A DNA stretch of 64,000 bases from Azolla caroliniana. Lineage: Eukaryota > Plantae > Polypodiophyta. The stretch's first letter is position 1. Each line of letters begins with the position of its first letter. The stretch lies in contig JBHGNT010000015.1 of the NCBI GenBank assembly GCA_043228905.1, forward strand, positions 12,772,001 to 12,836,000, in the 5' to 3' direction. The notes beneath the pieces are model-generated. The model had not been told where the DNA came from. It saw only the letters and a program-made list of their open reading frames with translations, and made no database searches. This document shows positions 27,183 through 39,738 of this stretch, piece by piece. Position numbers and translations under genes: made by a program.

Positions 27183-30100
27183 ATGGCACCCACGACTCAG
27201 AATCTTCAGGATTCGCTTCAGGCACAAAACCCTAGGAGTAAGTTACTAAAACCGTTTCCAAAACGCAGCATAGACACAGAAGTTCATTATCGCTCCCCAT
27301 CTCCATCGCTCTCAAGCTCAGAAACCCCGTCTTGCTCTCATCGCGCTAAACGCTCTTGCTCTCAAGCCCTCTTTCGCTCTCATAACCCCTCTGCTGGACT
27401 TCCCCTTCCTGTTGTTCCTCCTGTGTCTCGCCCTCGCCTCATCACTCTTCTTCACGCTTCCACACAGTCGAACCCCATCTCCATCTCCACCATGCCTCTT
27501 ACCGCTTCAACAGAAACCCGCGCCTGGCTCCAGGAACGAGGAATGGGCGGTTACCTGAAGATCATCGATGCCCCCGCGCACCCAGATGCCCAAGTTGTGG
27601 CTAAACGTATAAGTCTCGAAGCCATCACCAACAACGTGCTTCGGGCTGTTTTGGACCTGCAACGGGGAGGGGACCATGGGGTTGACATACCCCCGGCATC
27701 AAAGATGAAAGCGTACTTCGGTGAGTACTCAGCCTCAGGGAAGGCATATCGCACGTATGGCGGTCCCAACAGAGCTTTCGGGGAGATTGTTCGTATATTA
27801 ATGGACTATGCGTTCGTGCATACGAACCCAACGAGCATGCCGCAGAACAAGGCAACCATCATCATCAGCGCGTATGAAGGAAACAGAATCGATTGGGGAA
27901 TCATCACAGGCGAGGGACTCCACGCCGCCTTAGCTTCATTTCAGTCCGGTAAGAAGATGTTGTCTGTTCTTACCCACTTTTTGATGGTTCTATACCCACC
28001 CTCTTCTCTTCCTTCCCCTCGCACACTCACGTCCCCACCACCACCACAAAGGCAGAGAGAGAAATTTGTTGCCATCAGCCACGAAGCATGGGAGGAGCCC
28101 ACATCGCCTTCACCTCCTGCCGCCGACCAAAACCCCGCATCTGCACCACCACCCACCCAACCCCAACAAAAAAGGGCAGGTTCCGAGATCTGCCAAGAAT
28201 GGGAGGAGGAGGTAGCCGCGGAAGACAACACGGCCGATAACGTCACCATTCGACAGCCAACGTCGCGCCCCTCGGTAACTTCCCCAGGGCCTAGCCCACG
28301 CCCCAACACACAGCAGGCTGCACCACCACGACCCCAGAAAAGGAAGCAGGCGGAGGAAACGACACTACCGGCCCCAGAACCCCAAACACAGCCGAGCAAG
28401 AGAAGACGACTCAACCGCAAGTCCTCGGAAGAACAGAAAGAGCCACAACAGGAGCAAGCCTTAGTTGTCAAACAAAGCAACCTAGCCATCATCCCTGAGG
28501 AGGCATCGCTAAACCAGGGAAAGATCGAGCATGGGCAGACAACACAGATCTAGGAGGATGAAGTCCTCAGGTATAAGGACCTCCCTATGGAGGCTTACGA
28601 ATTTAGTGCGCTCCTACGCCTCGGTACGACATTCGAGCTGGTCGACTTCCTCGCCAGAGCCCAAGTCGCGGTAGCCGCTTGAATGGCGGAGGAGCTCGCC
28701 GAAACAAAAACGATTCAACGCACGCTAATAGGTGAAATTGAGCCCAAGGAGGACAGGGCTTTACAAAAAATCGGGAGAAAGAAGTAGGCAAAACAGGCCG
28801 CTCTCCTCATGGAGGTCCCCGAGTTGAACACGGCCCTTATCGAGGCATATCGGGACCTGGATCGCACGACGCGGGCAGCCAAAGACATGGCCCGAAAGAT
28901 AAAAATAGCCCAAAAACAGGCTAAGATGGCTACAGAATTATGGCACGCTGGGAACCAGAAGCTGGCAGCCTGGGAGCAAAACCGGCCGGAACAACAACTC
29001 TTGAGCCTTCCGGTCACGACCACCGAGGCCCTCCCAGCGCCTCCATGCATAACAATGATGGATGAAATCACCATCATCGACTCAATCCTGACGATGCAGG
29101 CCAGTACACAAGCGGACTCGTTACAAATGGTCGATGCCTGCACAACAACCGAGGCGCCCACGCCCATGGAGAAGACCGAGATACCACCACCTCGTGCACC
29201 CAAGCAGGTGGCCACCCAGACAGAACCCCCGCTCCAGGATTACCGTGCGGAGCTTAAAGAAGAACAACGGCAAACCGAGAGACACGAACAACGGCATCAA
29301 GAGGCGATGGCTCGCCTAAAAGAAGAAGCTTCCAAGCAGATGGCCGAGATGAGAGCCCAGGCCGACCAAAGGATACACGAGCAGAACGAAGCACTAGGCC
29401 GGGTACAAGCGCAAGCCACGGGCAAAGAAGCCGAACTCAAAAGCAAGCTAGAGGAATACGCGGCCACAGTGACAAAGAAAGAGAAGGAGGTCCTAGACCT
29501 ATAGGCCGCGCTCGATAATGCGAAAGACTGGAACCATCGGCAGGAGGAAAGAAATTGCCAATGGGAGGAGAGAATGATCGTGGAGAATGCCGAGCTGCAG
29601 AGTCAGCGTACGACCCTTAAAGAAATGGCTGACGAGTTTTTCATCAAATGCAAGCTACTTTCGGAGCAAAAAGACGAATTATCAGATTCCTACTTCGCCC
29701 TACAAGAGGAGAGAATCGTCGAACGAGAACAAGTCCGGGCCGCGTGTCAAAAAGAACGGGAGTAAGCCACCGAAGAACTCACCAAGCGTTACAGCAGGCT
29801 ATACAGTTCGTAACCGCGGATGCAAAGAACACTCAAGCCATCTATGAACTACGAGCGCTGAAGCTTCAGGCCGAGGTCGACGGCTTAAAACAGGAATTAG
29901 CAGCCATCCGAGCACAGCCCAGCATGGATGAGACACACATCAGAATACTGATCGAGAAACAGCGCCAGCACCTGACCAAAAAGGTCGAGGAAACATTAAG
30001 TCGCGCAGGAGACGAATGGGCAGCCCAAGCTACCGAGTTGCATATTTTACGCGCCGACGCCGAGAACCGACGGAAGGAGGGCCGCAGCTTCTACAAAATG

Positions 30101-30586
30101 GACGAAGCCAGCATACAAAACCTGCGTGCAGATTTAACCGAGGATTACCCGTCCTTGGTAAAATCTCACACCGCGGCAATCGAGCAAATAATGGAAGACT
30201 TCAATGACAGTCAGATGTTGTTTCGCCTGGAAGCAGAAGCCTTCGAACGAGAACGACTCACAGCCATCCCAACCAGCCCTCCAACGGCCACAAAGCAGAA
30301 GGAAGAACCTTCCAGCAAGGAGATCACGGACACGGCACAGGAGGAACTTGCCCCGGCCAACAGACATCCCATGGACGCCCACACAGTACCAGATCCAGTC
30401 GAAGTAGAGGTCAACGCCCTCGAACCCACACCCCCACCAGAAGAATTGGTCGCACTGGAGGCGGACGCCTGAGAAGATATCACACCCCCGGACCAAACTC
30501 AACCCCCCGCACCGATAGTTCAACCAGACCACCCTGCCACCACCCCGGACCCCGAAAACATCCTCGACATCTTAAAAGAGGAATGA
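27183..30586 (+). pseudogene. Gypsy G accessory sense ORF (globular N-domain, Pro-rich linker, long coiled coil); disrupted
   Basis: ORF pieces 27183-28553, 28809-29504, 29574-29765 and 29648-30472 are separated mostly by single stops. The C-terminal half is E/K/Q/R/A-rich. Confidence 0.75.
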
Positions 30587-30641
30587 AACGAGGATCACGC
30601 CTAAAAGGCAATTTTTGTAATATTGTTAGTATTTTGTAAGT

Positions 30642-30682
30642 CGTGGATCCGACGGACAAGGTCCTATCCCACGGGCGTGCCA
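30642..30682 (+). other. tRNA-Arg 3'-end mimic / anti-PBS in the position of the PPT
   Basis: CGTGGATCCGACGGACAAGGTCCTATCCCACGGGCGTGCCA ends 2 nt before the 3' LTR. Its last 11 nt are the exact reverse complement of the PBS at 21515-21525. Confidence 0.8.
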
Positions 30683-33600
30683 GGTGTTGTCCAGAGGACA
30701 GAAATGTAAAATTAGGGAATTAGCAAATGTCGAGTCCGAGTATCACGGGCCACTAACGGCTCGGCTGTGTATTTGGGGAAAAGTTATTTAAACGAGGACC
30801 AGTACCTCAGAGAGAGAGAGAAGAAAAATATAGGCGGAAGCACTAGCTTAGTCCCTCGTAACTAGATAAACTTGTAAGGTCACCGGCCATAGGCCGTGTT
30901 CTATAATATTTTCTATCATAGTAATACATCTGATTTGTGCCCATTTTGCTCCATGAGTCTGTGCTTTGATCCATACCTATGAGTTCAACACCACCCACGC
31001 CTATCAAGACCTCGCTAGTGTTTTCTCTCTGAGCCCCGTCTCTCTCTCGACGCCTCTGTTACGAGCCTTCACGTACCACGCCCTTGAATACCGATAGCCG
31101 CAGATCTATTGAAGGTGTTCACCCAAAGGAACGGGTAACAGGAACTAATGCTCATCACTGAGGAGAGTGAGTTGAACCTTGCCGGAGATGAGACAACGTG
31201 GGTTGTCGATTCCGGAGTGTCATTCCACCTTACCCTGGACCGAAAATGCTTCTCATCCTACACAGCCGGTGAGCACGGTTGTGTCTGGATGGGGAATGAA
31301 GGTACATGCCGAATTATCGGCATAGGAGACGTGTGGTTGACGACATCAACCAAATGCAAGTTGCTTCTAAAGGATGTCTGACACATTCCGGAGGTTCGAC
31401 TGAACCTGATATCAGCCGGTCGGCTAGATGATGAAGGCTACACAGGTAGCATCTGGAACAGTGTCATGAAGTTCTGCAAAGGGAGCTTAATAGTGGCTCG
31501 AGCCCGAAAGGTCAACACATTGTACTTGATGAATGCCCGGATATCCAGGGAGAAGTGAACGTAACATCTGACACTGCCGGTGAGCTGTGGCACAAAAGAT
31601 TGTGTCACATGAGTGAGAAGGGGATGAAGAGGCTTGCCGAAGACAACCTCATTCCAGTGAAGGACGTGCAACTTGATAAGTGCACCGATTGCTTGGCTAG
31701 CAAGCAAAATCGCACCTCCTTCCGGTCAAGACCACCGATGAGATGGAATGCACCACTGGAGCTAGTGCATACCGATGTGTGTCAAGTGGACATGAAGTCA
31801 CATGCCAGATCGTAGTACTTCGTGATGTTAATAGACGACCACAGCCGAAAGTTGTGGGCCACACCGTTGAAGACAAAGAATCAGGTGTTATCCCTCTTCA
31901 AGGAGCTCCACACAAGAGTGGAAAGAGAAACCGGCCGAAAGCTGAAGGCGATTCGAGCAGATAACAGAGGCGAATACCGGGGGTAGTTTGAGGAGTACTA
32001 TCGTTCGAAGGGAATCCGGTTCAAATTTACCATGCCGAAGACGCCGAAACTAAACGGGCTGGCCGAGAGGATGAACCGGACCATAATGGAGAGGTTCTAG
32101 AGTATGCTGGCACATGCAAGGTTACCCAAGACGTTTTGGGGTGAGGCGTTGGCGACAGCAACGTACGTGATAAACAGATCACCCTCAATGCCCTTGGACA
32201 AAGACACACCGCAGAGAGTGTGGACCGGTAAGGAAGTGTCTTACCGGCATCTGAAGGTGTTCGGGTGTCTCGCTTACGTGCATGTTGCAAAGGACCGGAG
32301 AGCAAAGTTGGATCCAAGTTCCCGGCCTTGCATATTCCTTGGATACGGCGATGATGAGTTTGGCTACCAAGTGTGGGATCCGGTCGACAAGAAGGTTTTC
32401 CAGAGTCGACATATTATCTTCATGGAGGACAAGACCCTTGCCGTCTGGGAGTCGGAGAAGAAGATAATGAACTCCGAATCGACGAGTAAGGATCAGTTCG
32501 ATGAGATACGGACCTACCCGGCTAAGAGCCGGTTGACACTCGAAGAACCGGCCGGTTACGGAGAGGAAACCGCACCGACTGAAGTAGAAGAAGAAGCAGA
32601 AACCAGAACCAGCCAAGACCCCGAATTGGATTCGGATGAAGAACAAACAAAGGAGCCGGTTGCCGAAAGCCAAGGACGCAGATATCCTCTCAGAGAGAAA
32701 ATGGCCCCCCTGAGATTTCCGGATGCAGAGCGCGTGCTGCTAACCGATGAGGGGGAGCCGAAAAGCTTCGAAGAAGCAAAGGAGGACACCCACAACCGCA
32801 AGTGGTTGAGTGCCATGCAGGACGAGATGGATTCCCTGCATGAGAACCACACATATGAACTGGTGGAGTTGTCGAAAGGAAAGCGGGCACTCCAGAATAA
32901 GTGGGTGTACAAGTTGAAACCGGGAGATGCCGACAACCCCCTGTTATGTACACATAACGTTGGTGAGGGTAGGTCACTAATATTTACATTAGTGAAGGGT
33001 ATGTTCACTATTATTAAAAAGGGGACTAATGATTGGATAGAATGAATGATATGTGCATGCACTATCATGATTTAGACAACCAATGAATAGAGAGCCTTTT
33101 AGAAAGGCACATCTATTCAAGGGGCCTAGGAAAAGGTATAAATATGAGGCTTAGCTACCCTCATAAGGATCATCACGTCGGAAGGCTGCTGTCGTAGACA
33201 CCGGTGGTGCGGGCTAGGCTTTCGTCTCGACGATCGTGTTTATCTCTTCCAAGGTATTAGTCATCCTAATATCCGGCGGTATGGGACGTCGGTGGTAGGT
33301 TGGCTATGTCTAGATCATAGCTCGGGGGTGGTCGGGTGGAACGGGTTCTTCTATCCAATCTATTTTCTTCCTTTTTACTTGATTTGGTCTATTGATTAGT
33401 AATAGACTCTTAACAGTGGTATCAGAGCTTTTACTAACAATTTTTTTGTTGTTTTGATGTTTTTTGCGTGTGAGCGAGGGGGATCTAACAAGGCTCGTCA
33501 TGCTCTTCTCAGGATCAAAACAACACTCTAAACCCGGTATTCTTCTTTTTTGATCTCTTCTCTTTTTCTATTATGCGTTCTTTATGGTCGAATCAAATTG

Positions 33601-33874
33601 GTATTACGTTTTATTCTCTTTCTTTCTACCTCCTACTACGCTACGATTTTACTTATTATTATGCATCGGGCCGAGCGTGTTTGCACTAATCGCACACGCT
33701 CAACTCATGGCCTTTTGCATATTGCGATATATATCCCACTCTCTCCTCTCTTGAACTCTTACGATAATAATTATTCTTGTGCATTGGGTCGAGCGTGTTT
33801 GCTCTAATCGCACACGCTTATCTCATGGCCGTTTTGCATATGATGTTGAGTATACCACTCTTCCCCTCTATCGA

Positions 33875-34350
33875 GCCATCACTTGGCCGATTCTAAGGGA
33901 TGATGTGGCCTTGACGAGGTGTATGTTGCCTACCTATGCCACTCTACTCTCTATTAAGCCATCAATTGGCCGATTCTATGGGATGTTGTGGCCTTGACAA
34001 GGTATATGTAGCTTACATATGCCACTTTCCTTTTTAATTAGCCATCAATTGGCCGATTCTAAGGGATGATGTGGCCTTGACGAGGTGTATGTTGCCTACC
34101 TATGCCACTCTACTCTCTATTAAGCCATCAATTGGCCGATTCTATGGGATGTTGTGGCCTTGACAAGGTATATGTAGCTTACATATGCCACTTTCCTTTT
34201 TAATTAGCCATCAATTGGCCGATTCTAAGGGATGATGTGGCCTTGACGAGGTATATGTCACTTACCTATGCCACTTTCCTCTTTAATTAGCCATTACTTG
34301 GCCGATTCTAGGGATATGTGGTGATCTTGAGGAGGTGCATGTCAACTACC
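33875..34350 (+). repeat. 83-bp tandem array (about 6 units, alternating A/B variants) in the Gypsy H leader
   Basis: GGCCGATTCTA recurs at 33885, 33968, 34051, 34134, 34217 and 34300. Confidence 0.95.
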
Positions 34351-35334
34351 CTAGGGTTTCGTATCTTAGGGCATGTTTGATTCCATACACCTAATTGTTG
34401 ATTATTCTAATTAAATTTTAATTTCATAAGTATTGTTTCACTTATATGATTTTCTAGTAATTATTATTTACCCGCCCACAATTAACTCTCCTTTTTCCAC
34501 TTCCTTTTCATGTATAAAGTATTTACATCGTTTATTTTAATGTAACCTTTACGTGTAGACTAATTTTTCGTATGGAGTGGCTTGTTGAACGATTTTTTTT
34601 TTCAACGGGTCATCTAGGTTTAACTCTTATCATCAAGCCTTAGAAAACGAGTAAAACCATATGAGTTCCCTTATTGATGTTTTACTCATGGATTTGAGTA
34701 TTACATCTTTGCGCACAACACCGTCATCACTTGTATCAATTTGTGGCTTATGTCACAATTGTGCAAGTTATAACAATCATATTGGGATGTATATGTGCAT
34801 ACCTTGCACTTCCCATTTATTTGTGACATTGTTTTTTTCGTAGGTAACACATGGGTTCTTTTTTTTACCCTTGTTTTCGTCACTACTTAACTCTTATGAG
34901 TAGTGCCTTATTTTATCATTTTATCATCACGTTTGCTTATTGCTCGCAAGACTAGAATATTACTTGTGAGTGCACTTGTTTTTTCACGTAATACACTTTC
35001 TCGACCATATAATACATGATGGGTTGGCATTAATATAAGGCTATCTAGGAAATTTCATTGATGTAAGAACCATGGTTGAGCCTCGGGGAGCCGCCATGAT
35101 TACTCAAGATAGAGATCCGAGAAATACATCTTAGCTATGTTTTCCCCCATGGTTTTTAAAACACCATAGTGTTACCATAGTTATCGGATCTCGAATCACA
35201 TCTCATATGTCTAGAGGGGTAAAGACATGAGATACTTTCTTGGATAAAGTTCTTTCAATCAAAATTTCAAGCATTCATTTTGCTTGGGTATTTTCTGAAC
35301 CTCCTTATTTTATTGCATACCCACAGCGTGCATC

Positions 35335-38300
35335 ATGGAACAAGTTTTGAACGCAGTTGGAACAATCTCTCCAAATGAGACCTCTCAACCCCAATCCGCA
35401 TCTCGCACACAAGCTGAGATCACTATTGAGCAATTGCTCACTACTACCTTGAATCAATTGGCCGAAATGAGACAGGCCAATATGGCATTGGAAAAGAAAT
35501 TCCAAGAATTAACTATTGAGTCCAAGAAAGAAGGTGAACCTTCCTTCGTAGTCACGCCTTTCAAGGGAGATAAGAAAGAAAGAACCGAGGAGGCTATTAG
35601 CACTTGGCTTGGTCGTTGGGAGTCTCACTTTGAGCTTCATCCCAAGCCCGATGCAGTAAAAATTGGTTATGTCGGTCGTGAGTTAGGTGGCCGAGCTGCT
35701 GCTTGGTGGCGTGGCCTAAGGACCGCAAAAAACTTACCCACAACTTGGGAAGGTTTCGTTGATGTTTTTAAGAAACAATTCTTGCAGCCACCTTCTCAAA
35801 CCGAACAAGCGCAACACTTGCTCACATTGTCTAGTAAGCCATTTACCTCTCTCGAGGATTATGTGCATCACGCTCGGACCCAGATCCAAAAATCGGGACT
35901 TACGGGTGAGAAATGGTTTGTCGCTTGTTTTTTGAATGGTATTCCCAATGGGAATTATCATTGGATTGTCCATGACAAGGACCCCACAACTTTCGAGGAA
36001 GCCGTCAACATTGTGCTGCGATACCATAGGACTTCCAAGAAAGACCACAATAAACCTGAGTTCGCCAAAACTCCGAATGTCAAGTTCATTGGGAAACGTA
36101 AGCAATCCAGTGACACTCTTGACCGCGACTCAAAGAAACCGAACCTCTTCTGTGCATATTGCAAGAAGCGGGGCCACACAAAGGATACCTGTCGTCGTCT
36201 TGAGAGGAAGTCAATGAACACCCCTCCTCAAGACAAATCTACGAGTCACATAGGTGAGTCTTTTGATATTGTTGAAGTTCATACCAATCACTTAAGTTTA
36301 TGTGAATGCACTTTTCCTTCACATTTACTTGGACCTAATGATTTACTCCGAGCAGTCGGATATATCAATGGAACACAAGCACATTTCTTGTTTGATTCCG
36401 GTAGTTCTCACAATTTTCTTAATGATCACTTTGTGCAGCAAATGGAGCTCCACATAAATGCAAGTGATCATATCTATCAAGTTCACATGGCAAATGGAAA
36501 CGTTCAATACATCAGTGGCATTGTTTGTCAACTGCCAATTCAAATAGATACTTATTTGGAGAAGCTTGACTTTCATGTTATGAAATTACAATCCGCAGAT
36601 GTCATTTTAGGATATCCTTGGTTTTTTAATAAAAACCCTTCTTTGTCCATTGATTGGGTTAATCACTCAATCACATTTGAACTTAATAATTGTAAACATT
36701 TTATTCAATGTTCCAAACTTCCTTCTCATTCACTTGTGTCTTCTAAATCTTTAAGTGAGTATTCTAGTTCATTAATTTATTCGTGTGTAATTGATCCTGC
36801 GGTTCAATTTTATTATTTTAATATTGACGCCACACAATTACCACATTTTGAGCAACGATTACTCGACTCTATTTTAGAGGATTTTCAAGATGTGTTTCCT
36901 ACTGAATTACCGCTTACTTTACCACCTAAACGTAATGTGGACCATCAAATTGAACTCATCCCTGGGGCTGCTCCTGTGAGCATTCCACCTTACCGACTTA
37001 GTCGATTAGAAGAGGATGAGATCGCTAAACAACTTAAGGAATACTTGAGTATGGGCCACATTAGGTATAGTAAATCACCTTGGGGTGCGCCAGTTCTATT
37101 AGTCAAGAAGAAGGAAGGTTCGTGGCGAATGTGTATCAATTATCGCCGTTTGAATAAAATGACAATTAAGAATGCATATCCATTACCTCGTGCCGATGAT
37201 TTGATTGATCGTTTGCACGGGGCTCGATATTTTACGAAAATTGACTTACGAACTGGTTATCATCAGATTCGCATCGCCGAGGATGATATTCCTAAAACCG
37301 CTTTTCGTACGCGCTATGGCCATTATGAGTTTTTAGTCATGCCATTTGGGTTGACTAATGCTCCAGCCACATTCCAACAAGCGATGAATGATGTTTTCCG
37401 AGATCAACTCGGTGATTTTGTTGTCGTCTTCTTGGATGATATTTTGATATATAGCCGTACCTTGCAAGATCATGTTCAACATGTTCGATTTGTTTTGCGA
37501 AAGTTGCGTGACAACTCTTTCTATGCAAAACATTCAAAATGTGACTTCTTCCAAAAATCTATTGTGTACCTAGGTCATTTAATTACAGAAAATGGCGTTG
37601 AAATTGAACCTTCTCGTATTGAAAAGGTTAAACTTTGGCCCATTCCTCGTAATATTCGTGAACTTAGATCATTCTTAGGGTTTGTTGGATTTTTACGAAA
37701 ATCAATTCGTAACTATTCCAAATTGACTACGCCATTAACTGACCTTTTAAAAGGTCATCCACGTAAGTCTGTCAAACCAATTTCATGGAATGAACAACTT
37801 GACAAATCATTTGAGACACTCAAGGAGCATGTGTGTCAGGCTCCCACTCTTCTATTACCAGACCCTTCTAAGCCTTTCTCAATTGAAACCGATGCTAGTG
37901 ATTATGCTATTGGTGCCGTTCTTTATCAAGGTGGTCACCCTATTGCTTTTGAAAGTAAGAAGCTTGATGCTGCTAAATCTCGGTATTCGGTTCAAGAGAA
38001 AGAGTTGTTTGCGGTGATACACGCACTTAAAACATGGAGGCACTATCTCTATGGATATAAATTTGTGGTTACAATAGACCATCAATCATTAAAGTATTTT
38101 TGTGACCAGCCCGATCTTGTTGGTCGTAAAGGCCGTTGGGCTGACCTTATGCAAGATTTTGATTTTTCCATACGATATCGCAAGGGTTCTATGAACACCG
38201 TTGCTGATGCTCTTAGTCGCATTAAAGAAGTTAACATGCTTAGCTTCACGGAAATAAAATCTGATCTTTTAGATCACCTTCGAGGGAAATACCTTGATGA

Positions 38301-39738
38301 CAGTTATTTCTCAAAATACTGGACGAAAGCCGAATCTGGTTTAGATGCCGATACTAGCACCCTACCCTCGAAGGCGACCTTTCACATTACAAACGGTTTG
38401 CTCTACCGTAGTGGAAAGGTCTGTGTTCCAGATTTACCAAATGTTAAACAGAAAATTTTTCATGAATGTCATGATGCACCATCTGCTGGTCATCCTGGAA
38501 TACAACGCACACTCGTTCTCATCTCGTGTACTTTTTTCTGGCCTAAGATGCGCTCTGACGTGCATAAATACGTAACTCAATGCTTACAATGTCAGATTAA
38601 TAAGTCGGAACGACTTAAAGCTGCTGGTCTTTTACATCCCTTAGATATTCCCAACAATAAATGGGAAAGTATCTCGATGGATTTTATTGTTAGTTTACCT
38701 CGTACACAGAGGGGTCATGATGCCATATGGGTTGTCGTTGACAGGCTAACAAAATTAGCTAGATTTATTCCTACAAAAACCACGGTAACCGCTCAACAGT
38801 TGGCTTATCAATTTGTTGATGAGTTATTTCGTTTTTATGGATTACCGATGGATATTGTTAGTGATCGAGATTCCAAGTTTACTAGTGACTTTTGGACTCA
38901 GGTCTTTAAGAAACTAGAAACTACGTTGAGCATGAGTTCCGCAGATCATCCTCAGTCTGATGGACAAACTGAACGAGTTAATCAAATTATTGAGGACATG
39001 CTTCGAGCTTATGTAGCAAAAACCCCTTCTAAGTGGGAGCAATACCTTCCTATCTTAGAATTTGCCTATAATAGCTCTAAACATACATCCACTAGATATA
39101 GTCCTTTTATGTTGATGTATGGTTTTCAGCCACGTGCCCCAGTTGATGTCACGATTCATCGTGATACATTAGACAGTACACGCAATTTTTTGCAAGACAT
39201 GAACCAAATGTTGCATATTGCCAAAGAAAATGTCAAGACAGCTCAAGATCGTGCTCGATTTTATGCTGATCAGGATAGACGTCCTCGTGCATTTACTATT
39301 GGTCAAAAAGTTTTTTTGCGTGTCCCGACTGACTCTACGTCATTATCTACGGGCAAGTGCGCTAAGTTAGCCCCACGATATTGTGGCCCATTTGAAATCC
39401 TTAAGCGAGTTGGGTCATCTGCTTATCACCTTGCCTTACCTCGTAACGTTGGTATTCATCCTGTTTTTCACGTCAGTCGTCTAAAACCATTTTTAGGCTC
39501 TGGTGATAACACCATCACAATCCAAGATCTTGTAACATTAGAGGATTTTTCTTACAAACCTCATGTTCCTGAACGAATTCTTGATTCTCGTACTAAACGT
39601 TTACGTTCTAAAGAGATTCGGCTATTCAAGATCAAATGGATGGATAAACCTATTGATGATGCCACATGGGAACGCGAGCATTCGCTTAAGGCACAATTTC
39701 CTCACTTTATATTGCAAGAGTGCAATCTTTTGAAGTAG
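35335..39738 (+). CDS. Gag-Pol polyprotein, 1467 aa (gag, CCHC, protease, RT, RNase H, integrase, chromodomain)
   Basis: Uninterrupted ORF with [67 protein letters not shown] and chromodomain ILDSR..FKIKW..DATWE. Confidence 0.97.
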   Translation: MEQVLNAVGTISPNETSQPQSASRTQAEITIEQLLTTTLNQLAEMRQANMALEKKFQELTIESKKEGEPSFVVTPFKGDKKERTEEAISTWLGRWESHFELHPKPDAVKIGYVGRELGGRAAAWWRGLRTAKNLPTTWEGFVDVFKKQFLQPPSQTEQAQHLLTLSSKPFTSLEDYVHHARTQIQKSGLTGEKWFVACFLNGIPNGNYHWIVHDKDPTTFEEAVNIVLRYHRTSKKDHNKPEFAKTPNVKFIGKRKQSSDTLDRDSKKPNLFCAYCKKRGHTKDTCRRLERKSMNTPPQDKSTSHIGESFDIVEVHTNHLSLCECTFPSHLLGPNDLLRAVGYINGTQAHFLFDSGSSHNFLNDHFVQQMELHINASDHIYQVHMANGNVQYISGIVCQLPIQIDTYLEKLDFHVMKLQSADVILGYPWFFNKNPSLSIDWVNHSITFELNNCKHFIQCSKLPSHSLVSSKSLSEYSSSLIYSCVIDPAVQFYYFNIDATQLPHFEQRLLDSILEDFQDVFPTELPLTLPPKRNVDHQIELIPGAAPVSIPPYRLSRLEEDEIAKQLKEYLSMGHIRYSKSPWGAPVLLVKKKEGSWRMCINYRRLNKMTIKNAYPLPRADDLIDRLHGARYFTKIDLRTGYHQIRIAEDDIPKTAFRTRYGHYEFLVMPFGLTNAPATFQQAMNDVFRDQLGDFVVVFLDDILIYSRTLQDHVQHVRFVLRKLRDNSFYAKHSKCDFFQKSIVYLGHLITENGVEIEPSRIEKVKLWPIPRNIRELRSFLGFVGFLRKSIRNYSKLTTPLTDLLKGHPRKSVKPISWNEQLDKSFETLKEHVCQAPTLLLPDPSKPFSIETDASDYAIGAVLYQGGHPIAFESKKLDAAKSRYSVQEKELFAVIHALKTWRHYLYGYKFVVTIDHQSLKYFCDQPDLVGRKGRWADLMQDFDFSIRYRKGSMNTVADALSRIKEVNMLSFTEIKSDLLDHLRGKYLDDSYFSKYWTKAESGLDADTSTLPSKATFHITNGLLYRSGKVCVPDLPNVKQKIFHECHDAPSAGHPGIQRTLVLISCTFFWPKMRSDVHKYVTQCLQCQINKSERLKAAGLLHPLDIPNNKWESISMDFIVSLPRTQRGHDAIWVVVDRLTKLARFIPTKTTVTAQQLAYQFVDELFRFYGLPMDIVSDRDSKFTSDFWTQVFKKLETTLSMSSADHPQSDGQTERVNQIIEDMLRAYVAKTPSKWEQYLPILEFAYNSSKHTSTRYSPFMLMYGFQPRAPVDVTIHRDTLDSTRNFLQDMNQMLHIAKENVKTAQDRARFYADQDRRPRAFTIGQKVFLRVPTDSTSLSTGKCAKLAPRYCGPFEILKRVGSSAYHLALPRNVGIHPVFHVSRLKPFLGSGDNTITIQDLVTLEDFSYKPHVPERILDSRTKRLRSKEIRLFKIKWMDKPIDDATWEREHSLKAQFPHFILQECNLLK

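Larger units (their letters stand above)
21054..31140 (+). mobile_element. Gypsy G, non-chromovirus (Athila/OTA-like), ~10.1 kb, with an extra 3' ORF; nested in F
   Basis: 456-bp LTRs 21054-21509 and 30685-31140 (about 19 mismatches counted by eye), perfect TSD GGAAC and PBS TGGCACGCCCGGT at 21515. Confidence 0.95.

Noticed and set aside
33875-34350. Array as CRISPR or hammerhead ribozymes (CTTGACGAG resembles CUGANGA)
   Set aside because: There are no unique spacers or cas genes, and the GAAA core of a hammerhead is absent.
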